Virus record (IMG/VR): IMGVR_UViG_3300035198_000053
Coordinates: 12,430 to 76,429 of that record
Length of the DNA stretch: 64,000 nucleotides
Source of the DNA: a virus
Strand: one strand, 5' to 3'
Positions 8,847-19,028 of this stretch are shown one piece after another (positions within the stretch are counted from its first letter, which is position 1; every line of letters begins with the position of its first letter). The notes below the pieces were generated by a model. That model saw nothing but the letters and a program-made list of their open reading frames with translations. It made no database searches and was not told the origin of the DNA. A program made the position numbers and the translations under genes.

Positions 8847-11800
8847 ACCTGGCCTCTGGCACTCTTGACCGTCTGAGGAATCCACCCGCGATATCAGGCA
8901 AGGCCCAGACGGCCAGACCGAATGTGACCGTATCCGGCCCTCTTATCTCCTCTTATTACACCGCACACCAGGCGATAACTCCGCAGTGGCCATACTATGC
9001 CCTGGTGAATGCCTACAAAAGCTGGTGTTATACCTGTATTGACAAGGTCAGTAAGGCCGTAGCCATGGTCCCGAAAAAGCTCTACATTTACCGCCGCGCC
9101 GGGAAGAAGATGGTAGACCTGACCTGGCTTTCCTCGTATAAATTCAAAGCTGCGGGCAAGCCCCGGAGCCCCGCCGAGAAGAAATACTTCCTCAAGGAAA
9201 TGAACCTCGAAAGAGTGGAGGTGACTGAACATCCCTTCCTGGAGTTGATGAAGCGGCCCAACGCCATGATGACCCAGTTCTCCATCTGGTATGAGACCAT
9301 GGTCAGGCTTGAGCTCGGGGGGCTCTGTGGGTGGCTGAAACTTAGGGACAAACTCGGCGTGACAAGGCAGTTGTGGCCATTGCCGCTGACCCAATTCGCG
9401 CTTCTCAAGCCGAAGGTTTCCCCTACCATGGAACTGCAGTACTGGGACTATCAGGATGGTAACATCAAGCAAAGGTTCGATCCGAAAGACATTTGCCTCT
9501 TTAAATACCCGCATCCGGCTTCCCCGTTTGAGGGAATGAGTCCCCTTATGGCGCAGACCTACCCGTACGATATAGACCTCTTCCTTTCCCAGCAGCAGCG
9601 GGCACTGTTCAAGAACGGCGCCTTCCCCGGCATCATACTCAACACGGATCAGGTGTGGGGTCCGGAGCAGGTGAACGAGTTCAAGGAGCAGTTCTCGGAG
9701 CAATATGAGGGGGTAAACCGGGCGGGCGGAGTTCTTGTCGGACACTCCGGTCTAAAGTTCGAGGGCATGGCCGGGACGACCGCCAGGGACGCCATGATCG
9801 ATCGGGTGGCAAAGTTTGCCCGGGAAAAGCTGATTACCGCCTTCGACCTCAGCGAATCCAAAATCGGGTTGCAGGAGAACCAGAACCGCGCTTGCTATTC
9901 TGCTGACACTGAAACGTTGACTGAAAATGGATGGAAACTTTATAGCGAAATTGGGCCGGATGAAAAGATAGCCACATTTAATCCTGAGAATAATTATCTC
10001 GAATATCACAAACCAATTTCGAAGCATGTTTATCCTTATGCGGGTAAAATGATTCATTTTAAGACCAGGACATGTGACAGTCTCGTTACGCCCGATCACG
10101 ACATCTGGGCAAGAACGTTAATGCATACGGGAGGATTCAGGAAAATTCACGCTTCCAAACTAGCGGAACGTAATGCAAAAATGAAATTTCAGGCATGTGT
10201 TAACTACGGAGGAAGAGAGCGAGCCAAGGCTATAATACCAAATGATATAGAGATTAAAATGGATACTTGGCTTGAATTCATGGGCTATTATTTGAGTGAA
10301 GGTGGACTTTCGCATTCGACAAAACCTTATCTCCTGACTCTTTCACAAAAAGATCAGATTAAAGCTGAGAAAATCGAGGCATGTCTAAAGGCACTTCCTT
10401 TTCACTGGAAACGTTATCCTATTCAAAAAGACGGCATGACACGCTGGAATGTTTATGGCAAGTCCCTATGCCAATACCTTATGGATAACGTTGGGGGATA
10501 TTGTTTTGATAAAAGGATTCCTCGTGAACTCATGAACTTATCTCAGCGGCAATTGCGTATATTATTTGATGCCTTAATGTTGGGCGATGGATCATGGGAT
10601 ATGCGCAAGAACCGCAATTCTGGCAGCTATTATACTACATCAAAGAAGCTCGCTAATGATGTGCAAGAGTTATCATTCAAACTTGGATATTGTGTTGGTC
10701 TAATAATAAGTAGGGATAATCGCCCGAATCGTCGAAAAGTCTATCGTTTGGTAATAAGCAATCGCAAAGAACATACTCTTACGCCAAAGAGGCTTACCCG
10801 TACACCTTCCAGCATATATGAAATTGACTATGAAGGTCCAGTTTATTGTTTCAATGTGCCACATCATCTATTTATTACGCGTCGTAATGGGAAGATTGGT
10901 ATTCATGGGAATACGGCGGAGGTCATGGACGTGACCTTCGTCCGGGAGTGCATCCAGCCCAAGACGATGCTGATCGAGGAGGTCCTGGAGACCTTCTTCC
11001 TCACCGACTACGACGAGGGGCTGAGCCTCGACATGGAGTTGCCCGACTTCGACGACCGCGAGTTCAGGATGAAGGAGCGGGACTCGAATCTCCGCAATTT
11101 CTACTCCTCAATCAATCAGGAACGCGCGAAAGACGGGGAAGAGCCAGTCGAGTGGGGGGAGAAGCCCTGGATCCCCTTCAGCGTGATGCAGATGGGGGAG
11201 AAACCCGAACCCGCGCTCCCAGCTCCGGAGGCCACGGGGAAATCTATTGAGAGTAAACGCTTAACCCGCGACTTCTGGACCGAGAGGAAGAAGGACCTTT
11301 ACTGGAAGATGTTCATGCGCACGCTCGACTCCTACCAGGGCATGATTGAGCGCCCGATGAAGCACTACTTCAAGGCCCTGAGGACGGAGGTCATAAACCG
11401 CCTTCACAGAAACGCCAACAAAGTGTACGGCCAGTTCAGCGGATGGTCCCGGGCGAAGGTGGAGAAGGCGCTGAAAGAGAGCAAGGCGATTCGAGACATA
11501 AACATCACCAGAGGCGTAGAGGAGAAGAAGCTTGAATCTCTCATCACGCCGGTGGTGAAATCGATTATCGCCGATGTGGGCAGGCGCAGGATAAAGGACC
11601 TCCTGGAGTCGTACAAGCTTGCGGCTACGTTCGACGAGAGCGCGGAGAGGATCACCAAGTGGCTTGGCAATAGAATGCGGATGTTTTCCAAGGCTGTGGC
11701 CGGGACTACCTTTGACGAGATAGAAAAAATACTCAAAGAAGGATTTGCTAACGAAGATCCGGTGACCACAATAGCCAGCACTATTTCGGATAAATTCGAG

Positions 11801-12115
11801 AGTTGGGACAAATACCGGGCGCCCTTGCTTGCACGTACAGAAACTTGTGCGTCTTTTTCGTTTGCAGATCTGGAATCCGTGAAGCAATCGGGGCTAGAAG
11901 ATACACTTTTAAAGGCCTGGCTCAGTGCAAGGGACGATCATTGCAGGCCGACGCATCAGGCCGCGGATTTAAAATACAATGCCAACCCCATCGGTATTGA
12001 CGAAGATTTCGAGGTCGGTGCCGATCATATGCTTTGCCCTGGAAACGGTGAGCTTGCAGAGGAAAATGTGCAGTGCCGTTGTACACAGATCTTTGTAGAA
12101 AAAGAGGGAGAGTAA
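8843..12115 (+). CDS. Portal protein (HK97-like) with intein, fused to a C-terminal Mu gpF/SPP1 gp7-like head morphogenesis domain
   Basis: HPFLELMKRPN, GMSPL, LFKNGAFPG portal motifs; C-terminal ARTE..KAWLSARDDHCRPTH..PG..ENVQCRC. Confidence 0.9.
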   Translation: MNLASGTLDRLRNPPAISGKAQTARPNVTVSGPLISSYYTAHQAITPQWPYYALVNAYKSWCYTCIDKVSKAVAMVPKKLYIYRRAGKKMVDLTWLSSYKFKAAGKPRSPAEKKYFLKEMNLERVEVTEHPFLELMKRPNAMMTQFSIWYETMVRLELGGLCGWLKLRDKLGVTRQLWPLPLTQFALLKPKVSPTMELQYWDYQDGNIKQRFDPKDICLFKYPHPASPFEGMSPLMAQTYPYDIDLFLSQQQRALFKNGAFPGIILNTDQVWGPEQVNEFKEQFSEQYEGVNRAGGVLVGHSGLKFEGMAGTTARDAMIDRVAKFAREKLITAFDLSESKIGLQENQNRACYSADTETLTENGWKLYSEIGPDEKIATFNPENNYLEYHKPISKHVYPYAGKMIHFKTRTCDSLVTPDHDIWARTLMHTGGFRKIHASKLAERNAKMKFQACVNYGGRERAKAIIPNDIEIKMDTWLEFMGYYLSEGGLSHSTKPYLLTLSQKDQIKAEKIEACLKALPFHWKRYPIQKDGMTRWNVYGKSLCQYLMDNVGGYCFDKRIPRELMNLSQRQLRILFDALMLGDGSWDMRKNRNSGSYYTTSKKLANDVQELSFKLGYCVGLIISRDNRPNRRKVYRLVISNRKEHTLTPKRLTRTPSSIYEIDYEGPVYCFNVPHHLFITRRNGKIGIHGNTAEVMDVTFVRECIQPKTMLIEEVLETFFLTDYDEGLSLDMELPDFDDREFRMKERDSNLRNFYSSINQERAKDGEEPVEWGEKPWIPFSVMQMGEKPEPALPAPEATGKSIESKRLTRDFWTERKKDLYWKMFMRTLDSYQGMIERPMKHYFKALRTEVINRLHRNANKVYGQFSGWSRAKVEKALKESKAIRDINITRGVEEKKLESLITPVVKSIIADVGRRRIKDLLESYKLAATFDESAERITKWLGNRMRMFSKAVAGTTFDEIEKILKEGFANEDPVTTIASTISDKFESWDKYRAPLLARTETCASFSFADLESVKQSGLEDTLLKAWLSARDDHCRPTHQAADLKYNANPIGIDEDFEVGADHMLCPGNGELAEENVQCRCTQIFVEKEGE
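9893..10912 (+). mobile_element. Intein (340 aa) with LAGLIDADG homing endonuclease
   Basis: A|CYSADTETLTENGWK; block B VTPDHDIW; FMGYYLSEG and LMLGDG; VYCFNVP..IHGN|T; AT-rich relative to the exteins. Confidence 0.93.
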
Positions 12116-12201
12116 ACTAAAAATCTAAAATCTATTTTTCTATTCCCCGAACCGCGGCGTTCCTAAAAGAGACCGGGGTTTTTTGTTGGAGGAAAGAGCA
12201 G

Positions 12202-15200
12202 ATGAAAGCCATCAGACTCCTGATCGTCCTTTTTTTCACCCTAGTAGTTGCCTCGACCGGGCTAGCGGAGATGACCGACTACGGGACCGTGGATAGGAAC
12301 GTCATCTACGCCCACAACAATCCCGTGCCGGTCGGCAGGATAGAGGGTACCAGAATCATGCTGGCCTCGATCTCAGAATTCGGGTGGGCCGACTACGACG
12401 TGAAGCGCGGCGTCACAAGGATCATGACCGCAACGGCAGGGGAAGTCGGATATATGATATACGACACGCCCACGGGCAGGACGAAGATATTCATCGACTC
12501 AGCGCTGATCGGAGGCGGGGCGACTCCGGCGGGTAGCGCGAACGACATCCAGTACAACCTGAATGGCACAGCCTTGGGTGCCTACAACAAGGTAGACACG
12601 TTAGGCAACCCGGGATCTACCAATAGCATCCCGAGCGAGTATGCGGTCAGGTCCGCGATAAGCGCGTCCGGGGGCGGGACCATAGGCGGGACGAGCGGAA
12701 GCACGGACAGGGCGATCATAATCGCCAACGGGGTTGGCGGGGCGACGATCCAGTCCTCTCTCGCGCAGATAACGAGCGGCGGAGCCATCAATGCGGTCGG
12801 GGTCGTCTCTTCGGCGAGCGTCAATGCGCCGTCGTCCAGCATCGGGGCGGGCAACTACACATCTATTTCTGCGGTCAACGTTATTGTTTCCGGAGCCGTC
12901 AATGCGGCCACGGCCAGCATAGGGACGATCAACGCCACGACATACGCGGGGGTGAACGCGACCACCCTCCTCGGCAAGACCTGGGTGTCCCCGGGAGTGA
13001 TTGGGCAGACGACCCCTGCGGCGGGGAACTTCACCAACCTCGGGGCGGGCGCGTTAAATGCGACCTCCATAGTCTCGGGCTCAATGAACTCATCCACGGC
13101 GGGGATCGGGGCCGGAAATTTCACGTCCATAATATCCGGCTCCATGAATAGCTCCACGGCGGGGATAGGCTCAGGTAACTTCACGTCTGTACTCGCCGGG
13201 ACCGTGAACTCGACCAATGCGAACATAGGGGCTGGGAATTTCACCTCCGGGAACTTCGGCTCGACCTCAATAGGGTCCGGGAATTTCTCGACCATACAGT
13301 CGGGGCCGGTCGGGGGGATCTCCACCCTCATATTGCTAGGCTCTCTGAACAGCGTCAACATAACCGCGTCTGGAGCGGTGAACGGAGCCACATCAAATAT
13401 CGGGGCGGGCAACTACACGACGGTCACGGTATCCGGCTCCGGCAACTTCGGCAATGTCACATCCGGGGCTATTAACTCCACCTCGGCCATTAATGCAACG
13501 CACCTATATTCGTCGGGAGCGTCGAACCTCTCTGGACTCCTGACAGTGGCGGGCATAAACTCTACGGCTGCGGTGAATGCCCCTAGCTTAACCTCCTCAG
13601 GTGCGGTAAACGGGGCCACGCTCTATTCTGCTGGCTCCGTCAACGGGGGCGCGGCCAATTTCCAGAGCGTGAATGCTAGTAGCTCCGGAAACTTCCTGAA
13701 TGTCACGGCGGGGACTATAAACTCGACCGCGAACGTGAACGCGGTGAATCTCCTGGCCTACTCCGGCGCGGTCAACTCTTCCACGGCTAACATCGGGAGC
13801 GGGAATTTCACCTTCATAAACACGGCGGGGATGAACTCGACCGGCGCGATAAACGGTACGAACCTATTTACCTCTGGCGCGGTCAATGCGGTCAGTTCAA
13901 ATATCGGGGCGGGTAATTTCCAGACAGTGACCTCAACAGGCGCTGCTAACTTCGGGAGTGTGACGGCGGGGAGCATCAATTCTACGGGCACTCTGAATGC
14001 GGCCAACCTCTACTCCTCGGGTGCGGTCAACACGGCGACCTCGAACATAGGCGTTGGCAACTTCACGTCCGTCAAGTCGGGCGCGATCAATGGCACGGAC
14101 GTCACGGCCTCGGGAGCCCTCAACGGGGCCACCGCGAACATAGGCGCCCTCAATGTTAGCTCGATCTCCTCCAACAGCGGGTTGAACGGCCTGCTCATGA
14201 TGAACAACTCCGCTGGCGGAGTCAACGGTTTGCAGTGTGCGAACGGTAAGATCCCGAAGGTGACAAACGGCGTCTGGATCTGCAGCGACGACTCCACGGG
14301 CGGCACGCCAACCTTTGATGCCATAGCGAACGGGGTTAACATAAGCGCCGCGATGACGGTCAGCTCCGGGGCGAACCTCGGCTATGGCGGGACCGGTACC
14401 ATAAACGCGACGCATCTTCTCGGGAGCACCTGGGCCTCTCCGGGACCAATAGGAACAACTACTGAGGGTGTGGGGAACTTCACGAACCTGGGAGCCGGGG
14501 CGATCAACGCGAGCAGCGGCAACTTCGGCGCGGCCAACGCGCAGACCCTCGGTAGCGCCTCCGCCAACATCACAGGCCTGCTTTCGGTGGGAGCGATCAA
14601 CTCAAGTGCGGCTATAAACGGGACCAACATCTACAGCAGCGGAGCAGTCAATGCGGTAACGTCTAATATAGGAACCGGCAATTACAGCATCCTGAGTGCG
14701 GGGAACATGGTTATCTCCGGCAGCGCCAATATGGGGGCAGCTCAATTCGGGACTGGTAATTTTATTTCGATTTCTGGTGTAAATGCCACGATCACTGGCG
14801 CAGTAAATTTGGCGCGCGGCAACTACGGGGCGGGGAACTTCCAGACCGTCACCTCGGTTGGATCTGGCAATTTCTCGAACATCACTTCTGGGGCGATCAA
14901 TTCAACCTCGGCGATCAACGGCGCAAGCCTGACAGCGACAGGTGCGATCAACGGCGCGACTTTGTACTCGGCGGGATCGGTGAATGGAGGCGCTGCCAAT
15001 TTCCAGACGGTGACCTCGTCCGGCGCTGCTAACTTCGCCAATGTGAGTTCGGGCGCGATCAATTCCACTTCCGCGATAAACGGCGTGAACCTCTACTCCT
15101 CGGGTGCGGCCAATATAGGGGGCTTATTGACGGTTGCGGGAGTGAATTCCACCGCTGCAATAAATACCAGCACGCTGACGACCTCTGGGGCGGCCAACAT

Positions 15201-18200
15201 CGCGGGGCTTCTCACGGCTGCGGGGCTCAACTCGACCGCTGCCATCAATACCAACGTCCTTATTACATCTGGCGCGGCCAATGTCGGAGGCCTCCTGACG
15301 GCGGCTGGCCTGAACTCTACGGGAGCCGTGAACGCCACGAATATTTTTGGCTCCGGCTCGGCGAACATCTCCGGCACCGCCACCGTCGGGGCTCTGAACG
15401 CCCTTGGCGCAATCAATGGCACGAATCTCTACGCCTACTCCGGGGCGATGAACTCATCCACATCGAACGTGGGTTCACAGAATGCCACAAATATCTCCGC
15501 GACGAATATCACGGTAACGGGGACGTTCAACTCCACTGGCTCGATGAACGTTCTCAGAGTCGTCGTCCAGGGGTCGGCGAATGTCGGTAATATCACTTCC
15601 GGGGCGATCAATTCGACATCTGCAGTCAATGCCGTCAACCTTCTCTCCTCCGGTGCCTCGAACATTGGCGGTCTTCTGTCGGTGGCGGGCGTGAACTCCA
15701 CCGCAGCGGTAAACGCGACTACCCTCACGGCCTCGGCAGGGATCAATTCCGGAGCAGCGATCAACGGAGTAAGTCTTATCTCTTCCGGAGCCGCCAATGT
15801 AGGGGGGCTTCTGACTTCCGCAGGACTTAACTCTACCGGGGCTATAAACGCTCCCTACGTCGCGGCGGCAAACTACAATCTCGGCTCCGGCAACGTGACC
15901 ACGGACGGGGGCGGGAATGTCACCATCGCAAAACTGATAAACATAGGCGGTTCCAACGTCTATATGGACGCCTCCGGGAACCTGAAGGTCGCGAAGGAGA
16001 TCGGGGCCGTCAACTTCAAGCTCAGCGGCAGCGCGAACATGGCTCACCTCAATGCATCCGGTAATATCACATCAGCCCTTGTGAATATCGGGGCGGGTAA
16101 TTTGATTATGGAGCCTGGGGGCAACGTCACGATCCTGCACCTCGTGGGCGCGGGAAATATCGGCGGCACTGTCGGCACGCTTGATAGGGCCATACCCGTG
16201 GCCAATGGGACGGGTGGATACACACTGCAGGGATCGGCGGCAAGGGTTGAAAGCGATGGTGGGGTCAACATTCCTTCTGCAGCTTGCTACAAAATAAACG
16301 GAGACGACATCATCTGCGCCGGGTCTGACGGGTCGTATTACGTCAGCATCAAAAATAACACAACGTATACGGGCAGCGCCGGGAACTACAGATACCTTTT
16401 CGTGGGTGGCGTGCCGACGGTAGACTCCGACGGGACCGTGAACCCCATAGCGACGTTCAATGGGGCGGGGAACTTTTCCAGCATCGCCGTGGGCGCTGGC
16501 AACATCTCGATGGATAGCGGAGGCAACCTCACAGTTAAGAGATTTTCCTCCCTGGGTGCGACGAGTCCGGGGGCCGCAAACCTGACCACAATCAATGTCG
16601 GGGCCAACAACATCCAGATGCTTGCGGCTGGTAATGTACTCATACCCAATCTCGACGGGGCAGTCAATGCCTCGAAGCTCCTCGGCTATACCTGGACCTC
16701 TCCGACCACGATCGGGGCCACTTCTCCTGCGGCGGCTAACTTCACGGCTATGGCAGTGGGCGCGGGTAACATTTATATGCTGGCTGCGGGGAATACGTTT
16801 ATCCCGCATCTCGACGGAGCGGTAAACGCCACGACTCTTATCGGGGCCACGTGGGCCGCCCCCCCGGCCATCGGAAGCGCGACGGCTGCGGCGGCGAATT
16901 TTACAAACCTCGGGGCAGGGGCGGTAAATGCCAGCACGGCTGCGATTGCGGCTGGCAACTATGGGGCGCTCAATGCCACGACGATCACGTCCGGGACCGG
17001 GAACTTCTCCACGATAGCGGGGTCCACGAACATCGTCGTCACGGGTGCAATAAACGGGGCGACAATAATCGCCTCGGGCTCGATCAACTCCGGGGCCGCT
17101 GTGAATGCGGTAAACATCTTCACGTCCGGGGCTGCGAACCTGGGAGGCCTACTCACGGTGGCAGGGATCAACTCGACCGCTGCCATCAATGCGCCCAATC
17201 TCCTGACAGCCGGGGCGGTGAACGCAGGGAGTACGGTCACGGCGGGGGGGTTCAACACGACCGGCTCGGTCAACGCGGCTAGCCTTGTCTCTTCAGGGGC
17301 CGTGAACGGTGCCACGATCCACTCCTCCGGTTCCATCAACGGCGGGGCTGCCAACTTCCAGACGATCAACGTCTCCGGCTCAATTAATGCCACGACGCTG
17401 ACAGCATCCGGCGGGATCAACTCGTCTGCATCCATAAATGGAGTGAATCTGATCGCTTCGGGATCGGCCAACATCACGGGGACGGGGACATTCGGAGGTG
17501 TCAACAGCGGGGGAACGATCAATGCGGCCCAGTTCATCTCCTCCGGCGGGTTCAACGGGGCCACAGCAGGAATAGGGATAGGTAACTTTACCTCGATCGC
17601 CACGGCGAATATCACCTCTCCGATCATGAACTTCGGGGCCTCAAATGTGAAATTTACCGATGCAGGCGGGAATCTGACCATAGCTAAGCTAGTGGACATC
17701 GGCGGGTCGAACATAAAGATGGAGAGCGGGGGCAACACGATATTCTCGAAGAGCATCTATGCGGGCGGCAACGCGACTATAGCTGGATCAATGAATTCCG
17801 CCTCAGTGAGTACGGGGGCAATCAATGCTTCTGGGGCGGTGAATACTCTCAACCTGAGCACGGGGGCTATAAACGGGACATCCGCTCTTATAACGGGGGC
17901 GGTGAACTCGGGCTCGGTAAGCACCGGGACTGTAAACGCGACGAACGTCATCTCCACGGGGGCCGTCAACGGAGCCACCGCCAGCCTGGGCGCGATGAAC
18001 GCCTCCTCCCTCACCGTCTATGGAACGATCGGCGGCAGACTTCCGATCCTGACGAGCAAAGGCGGAGCAAATGACTTGACAGCCATACAGGTGAGCGGGT
18101 CATGGATGTACTTCACTGGGGCGGGAGTGGCGAACCTCCCGACCGCCAATGTTACCGGATACGCGATCTGCTTCGAGGCCCTAACGGGGGCCACGTCGTG

Positions 18201-18369
18201 GATTGATCCCTATGGCGCGGAGAAAATATCTCTTTCGGGGACGACCCTTGCCGCCGGAAACGCGATCCAGAACACTTCCGCGACAAGCGGGGATTTCATC
18301 TGTCTTATCTCCTCCGACGGGGCCGGAAACTGGAGAAGTGGCGGCAAAAGTGGGACCTGGGCGCAGTGA
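12202..18369 (+). CDS. Giant secreted Gly/Ala/Ser/Thr/Asn-rich repetitive fibre-like protein (2055 aa)
   Basis: Signal peptide MKAIRLLIVLFFTLVVASTGLA; beta-type repeats (GAINST, GAGNFT); 4 copies of TW.SP..IG.T.PAA.NFT; RBS GGAGG. Confidence 0.85.
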   Translation: MKAIRLLIVLFFTLVVASTGLAEMTDYGTVDRNVIYAHNNPVPVGRIEGTRIMLASISEFGWADYDVKRGVTRIMTATAGEVGYMIYDTPTGRTKIFIDSALIGGGATPAGSANDIQYNLNGTALGAYNKVDTLGNPGSTNSIPSEYAVRSAISASGGGTIGGTSGSTDRAIIIANGVGGATIQSSLAQITSGGAINAVGVVSSASVNAPSSSIGAGNYTSISAVNVIVSGAVNAATASIGTINATTYAGVNATTLLGKTWVSPGVIGQTTPAAGNFTNLGAGALNATSIVSGSMNSSTAGIGAGNFTSIISGSMNSSTAGIGSGNFTSVLAGTVNSTNANIGAGNFTSGNFGSTSIGSGNFSTIQSGPVGGISTLILLGSLNSVNITASGAVNGATSNIGAGNYTTVTVSGSGNFGNVTSGAINSTSAINATHLYSSGASNLSGLLTVAGINSTAAVNAPSLTSSGAVNGATLYSAGSVNGGAANFQSVNASSSGNFLNVTAGTINSTANVNAVNLLAYSGAVNSSTANIGSGNFTFINTAGMNSTGAINGTNLFTSGAVNAVSSNIGAGNFQTVTSTGAANFGSVTAGSINSTGTLNAANLYSSGAVNTATSNIGVGNFTSVKSGAINGTDVTASGALNGATANIGALNVSSISSNSGLNGLLMMNNSAGGVNGLQCANGKIPKVTNGVWICSDDSTGGTPTFDAIANGVNISAAMTVSSGANLGYGGTGTINATHLLGSTWASPGPIGTTTEGVGNFTNLGAGAINASSGNFGAANAQTLGSASANITGLLSVGAINSSAAINGTNIYSSGAVNAVTSNIGTGNYSILSAGNMVISGSANMGAAQFGTGNFISISGVNATITGAVNLARGNYGAGNFQTVTSVGSGNFSNITSGAINSTSAINGASLTATGAINGATLYSAGSVNGGAANFQTVTSSGAANFANVSSGAINSTSAINGVNLYSSGAANIGGLLTVAGVNSTAAINTSTLTTSGAANIAGLLTAAGLNSTAAINTNVLITSGAANVGGLLTAAGLNSTGAVNATNIFGSGSANISGTATVGALNALGAINGTNLYAYSGAMNSSTSNVGSQNATNISATNITVTGTFNSTGSMNVLRVVVQGSANVGNITSGAINSTSAVNAVNLLSSGASNIGGLLSVAGVNSTAAVNATTLTASAGINSGAAINGVSLISSGAANVGGLLTSAGLNSTGAINAPYVAAANYNLGSGNVTTDGGGNVTIAKLINIGGSNVYMDASGNLKVAKEIGAVNFKLSGSANMAHLNASGNITSALVNIGAGNLIMEPGGNVTILHLVGAGNIGGTVGTLDRAIPVANGTGGYTLQGSAARVESDGGVNIPSAACYKINGDDIICAGSDGSYYVSIKNNTTYTGSAGNYRYLFVGGVPTVDSDGTVNPIATFNGAGNFSSIAVGAGNISMDSGGNLTVKRFSSLGATSPGAANLTTINVGANNIQMLAAGNVLIPNLDGAVNASKLLGYTWTSPTTIGATSPAAANFTAMAVGAGNIYMLAAGNTFIPHLDGAVNATTLIGATWAAPPAIGSATAAAANFTNLGAGAVNASTAAIAAGNYGALNATTITSGTGNFSTIAGSTNIVVTGAINGATIIASGSINSGAAVNAVNIFTSGAANLGGLLTVAGINSTAAINAPNLLTAGAVNAGSTVTAGGFNTTGSVNAASLVSSGAVNGATIHSSGSINGGAANFQTINVSGSINATTLTASGGINSSASINGVNLIASGSANITGTGTFGGVNSGGTINAAQFISSGGFNGATAGIGIGNFTSIATANITSPIMNFGASNVKFTDAGGNLTIAKLVDIGGSNIKMESGGNTIFSKSIYAGGNATIAGSMNSASVSTGAINASGAVNTLNLSTGAINGTSALITGAVNSGSVSTGTVNATNVISTGAVNGATASLGAMNASSLTVYGTIGGRLPILTSKGGANDLTAIQVSGSWMYFTGAGVANLPTANVTGYAICFEALTGATSWIDPYGAEKISLSGTTLAAGNAIQNTSATSGDFICLISSDGAGNWRSGGKSGTWAQ

Positions 18370-18415
18370 AACAACTGACATCTTTAGAGTTGGAATAAAG
18401 GGAGGGCGTTGCCGC

Positions 18416-18649
18416 ATGAAAAGATTCCTGATATTCGCATGGGTAACCCCGGTCATCATCGCCTGTGGCATTCTAGGGCTCGGCATATTCGAGGCGGGGG
18501 CCGCGAACCTCCCGTGGAAGGTGGTGGCGGGAGGAGGTACTTGTGCTGGTATATGGTACTACCGGGACAGCCACGGCCTGCAAGTTAGCAGTCTACCAAT
18601 ATACCGGCTCAGCGGGGTACACTCAAAGGACGCGAGAATAAGCTATTGA
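18416..18649 (+). CDS. Short signal-peptide protein (possible collapsed cassette remnant)
   Basis: MKRFLIF..EAGA-ANLPWKVVAGGG; RBS GGAGG; C-terminus SGVHSKDARISY. Confidence 0.55.
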   Translation: MKRFLIFAWVTPVIIACGILGLGIFEAGAANLPWKVVAGGGTCAGIWYYRDSHGLQVSSLPIYRLSGVHSKDARISY

Positions 18650-18669
18650 CAAATGAAAGGAGAACCGGA

Positions 18670-19020
18670 ATGAAAAAACTACTCGGGATCATCTTTATTC
18701 TGTCGTTACTATTCGTCGGACAGGTGTATGCCGCAAGTCTTCAGTGGACAGCATCCACAGGGGCGGCAGGGTATCAGGTCAGCTACAAGACCCTTGCGGC
18801 CACCACCTACACGGTTGTAGACGTAGGCAATGTGGTTCAATGGACAATCCCGACTACTCTGGTAAAGGGGACCCGGTACGAGTTCTTTGTGAATGTCTAC
18901 GCGGGAACGCCAAAGTCTTACTCTGGAGACTCGGATCATATTCGGTGGACGATGCCTAGAGATCCAGTGATCATCGAATTACCGGAAGGCCCGAACACCA
19001 TCATTCTAAACATTCCGTGA
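18670..19020 (+). CDS. Secreted fibronectin type III-like protein
   Basis: Signal peptide ..GQVYA-ASLQWTAS..AGYQVSY..L..GTRYEFFV. Confidence 0.75.
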   Translation: MKKLLGIIFILSLLFVGQVYAASLQWTASTGAAGYQVSYKTLAATTYTVVDVGNVVQWTIPTTLVKGTRYEFFVNVYAGTPKSYSGDSDHIRWTMPRDPVIIELPEGPNTIILNIP

Positions 19021-19028
19021 GGTGAGAC

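Noticed and set aside
12582-18014. Many minus-strand ORFs opposite the giant gene (likewise opposite other long GC-rich genes)
   Set aside because: Antisense shadows of biased codon usage; no RBS or domain motifs
12202-18369. Ice-nucleation protein or autotransporter
   Set aside because: No regular 16-aa AGYGSTxTA repeat and no C-terminal beta-barrel or YadA anchor
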